From positions 1 through 5,008 of the IMG/VR virus record IMGVR_UViG_3300013195_000001: DNA of 5,008 nt; one strand, given 5' to 3'. Source of the stretch: a virus. Each line of letters starts with the position of its first letter. Positions within the stretch are counted from its first letter, which is position 1. Under the pieces are notes generated by a model. It was not told the DNA's origin, searched no databases, and was given only the letters and a program-made list of their open reading frames with translations. Below are positions 4,174-5,008 of the stretch, piece by piece. The position numbers and the translations under genes are program-made.

Positions 4174-5008
4174 TTAATTTAATGTTGGATTACTGTGATA
4201 TGGCATTGGTCTCAATGCATCTACTTTATGGTATAATGATATCCATAACTTATGTTCTGTACTGTCTTGTATTGCAAATATTCTATCATCTGGATTACAT
4301 TCAATAAATGATTGATTTAATAATGGTGCTTGACTAAAACGTCTTGATAACTCCCAATGTGCTAAAGTATCTCTAAAATCACCAGCGATACGATTTTGAG
4401 AATATTTGTACTCTGCATATCTCTGTTGATAACCAAATATTGTATCATCACTTGTTTTATTCCCCTGGATAAACAATTCTTTTGTATAAACTTCTTGCTC
4501 TCCTAAATTTGCAAACTGTGGAAAATAATGATCAAACTTGTCAAACTTTTGCCAAAATCTTGATAAACCTTGTACATAACTAGTTTTAGGTATTACCCTT
4601 GCTAAACCTAAAATAATACCATGTTCATTGAATGATTGTTGGAATCCAATTCCTTCTCCTAATCCTAAAGCATGACCGGTCATGTCTCCTTGTGGTCTAT
4701 CTGTTGAGCCTTCACTTGCATATGTACTTAATACTTCACTAATCATAATGGGCGTTCGACCACCACCCAAATATTGGGGGACTTGTACTGTATAATCTGG
4801 TATTCTTTCGCCAAATATTGCAAATATTTGTTCTCTATAACGTGAGCCAGCACGTGCCATTAATTCTAACCATTGTTGCAGAGCTGATGCTTTACGTAAC
4901 TCATTGATTGTAACACTTTCAACTTCTCCCTGTAATTTAACATCTGTTGTCTGAGCTCCATAAGTAACTTCTAAATCACCTATACCGTAACCATAATTGC
5001 CAATACTA
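4174..5008 (-). CDS. VP1: Major capsid protein, C-terminal portion. Bases 4902..5008 duplicate 1..107. The true ORF is join(847..1, 4901..4174) on the minus strand.
   Basis: The ORF-track entry 4174..4860 starts at an internal Met. The frame stays open upstream through 5008: ...SIGNYGYGIGDLEVTYGAQTTDVKLQGEVESVTINELRKASALQQWLELMARAGSRYREQIFAIFGERIPDYTVQVPQYLGGG.... The motif 'INELR.A.ALQ.WLE..AR.GSRY.E.....FG' is the conserved microvirus capsid signature. The stop is TAA at 4176..4174. Confidence 0.95.
   Translation of the reverse strand, partial: SIGNYGYGIGDLEVTYGAQTTDVKLQGEVESVTINELRKASALQQWLELMARAGSRYREQIFAIFGERIPDYTVQVPQYLGGGRTPIMISEVLSTYASEGSTDRPQGDMTGHALGLGEGIGFQQSFNEHGIILGLARVIPKTSYVQGLSRFWQKFDKFDHYFPQFANLGEQEVYTKELFIQGNKTSDDTIFGYQQRYAEYKYSQNRIAGDFRDTLAHWELSRRFSQAPLLNQSFIECNPDDRIFAIQDSTEHKLWISLYHKVDALRPMPYHSNPTLN
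4902..5008. repeat. Terminal redundancy, copy 2 (identical to 1..107)
   Basis: As for copy 1. The window ends while the match is still running, as expected for an assembly overlap rather than a biological repeat. Confidence 0.95.

Noticed and set aside
4550-4570. Second partial nick-motif-like sequence, CTTGATAAAC, on the plus strand inside the capsid gene
   Set aside because: Only 7 nt match, it lies on the non-coding (presumably non-packaged) strand, and it has no hairpin context. This is consistent with chance in AT-rich DNA.
1-5008. Search for tRNA, CRISPR repeats, an integrase or a lysogeny module
   Set aside because: There are no cloverleaf-like GC-rich segments, no regularly spaced direct repeats and no ORF with tyrosine or serine recombinase motifs. 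Coding capacity is fully accounted for by the eight minus-strand ORFs.

Overview
The window is one complete circular ssDNA phage genome of the family Microviridae (non-phiX, gokushovirus-like or gut-microvirus-like). It was linearised inside the major capsid gene and carries a 107-nt assembly overlap: 1..107 is identical to 4902..5008, so the unit length is 4901 nt. All credible genes lie on the window's minus strand, which is therefore the mRNA-sense and presumably the packaged strand. In coding sense the order is: major capsid protein (524 aa, wraps the junction), 72-aa ORFan, VP3-like scaffold protein, a 274-nt structured intergenic region, a 151-aa DUF5675-like His/Cys protein, pilot protein VP2, a 29-aa very basic peptide missing from the ORF track, and HUH replication initiator VP4, which overlaps the capsid start by ATGA. 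The points most worth follow-up are: (1) a non-core accessory gene with a DUF5675-like 'IHPAN...GCIGVG' core, a candidate cell-wall or lysis enzyme in a phage family that usually lacks enzymatic endolysins; (2) a 12-bp hairpin in the only large intergenic region whose loop carries, on the coding-sense strand, ACTTGATATT, identical to the core of the phiX174 gene-A nick site as I recall it, making it a candidate rolling-circle origin; (3) the unannotated J/VP8-like basic peptide; (4) a cluster of hairpins and a palindrome that may serve as terminator, complementary-strand origin or operator. I saw no tRNA, rRNA, CRISPR array, integrase or IS element. The sequence is AT-rich by eye. Start codons lack Shine-Dalgarno motifs, which together with DUF5675 hints at a Bacteroidota host. 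All homology statements are motif recognition from memory, not database searches.
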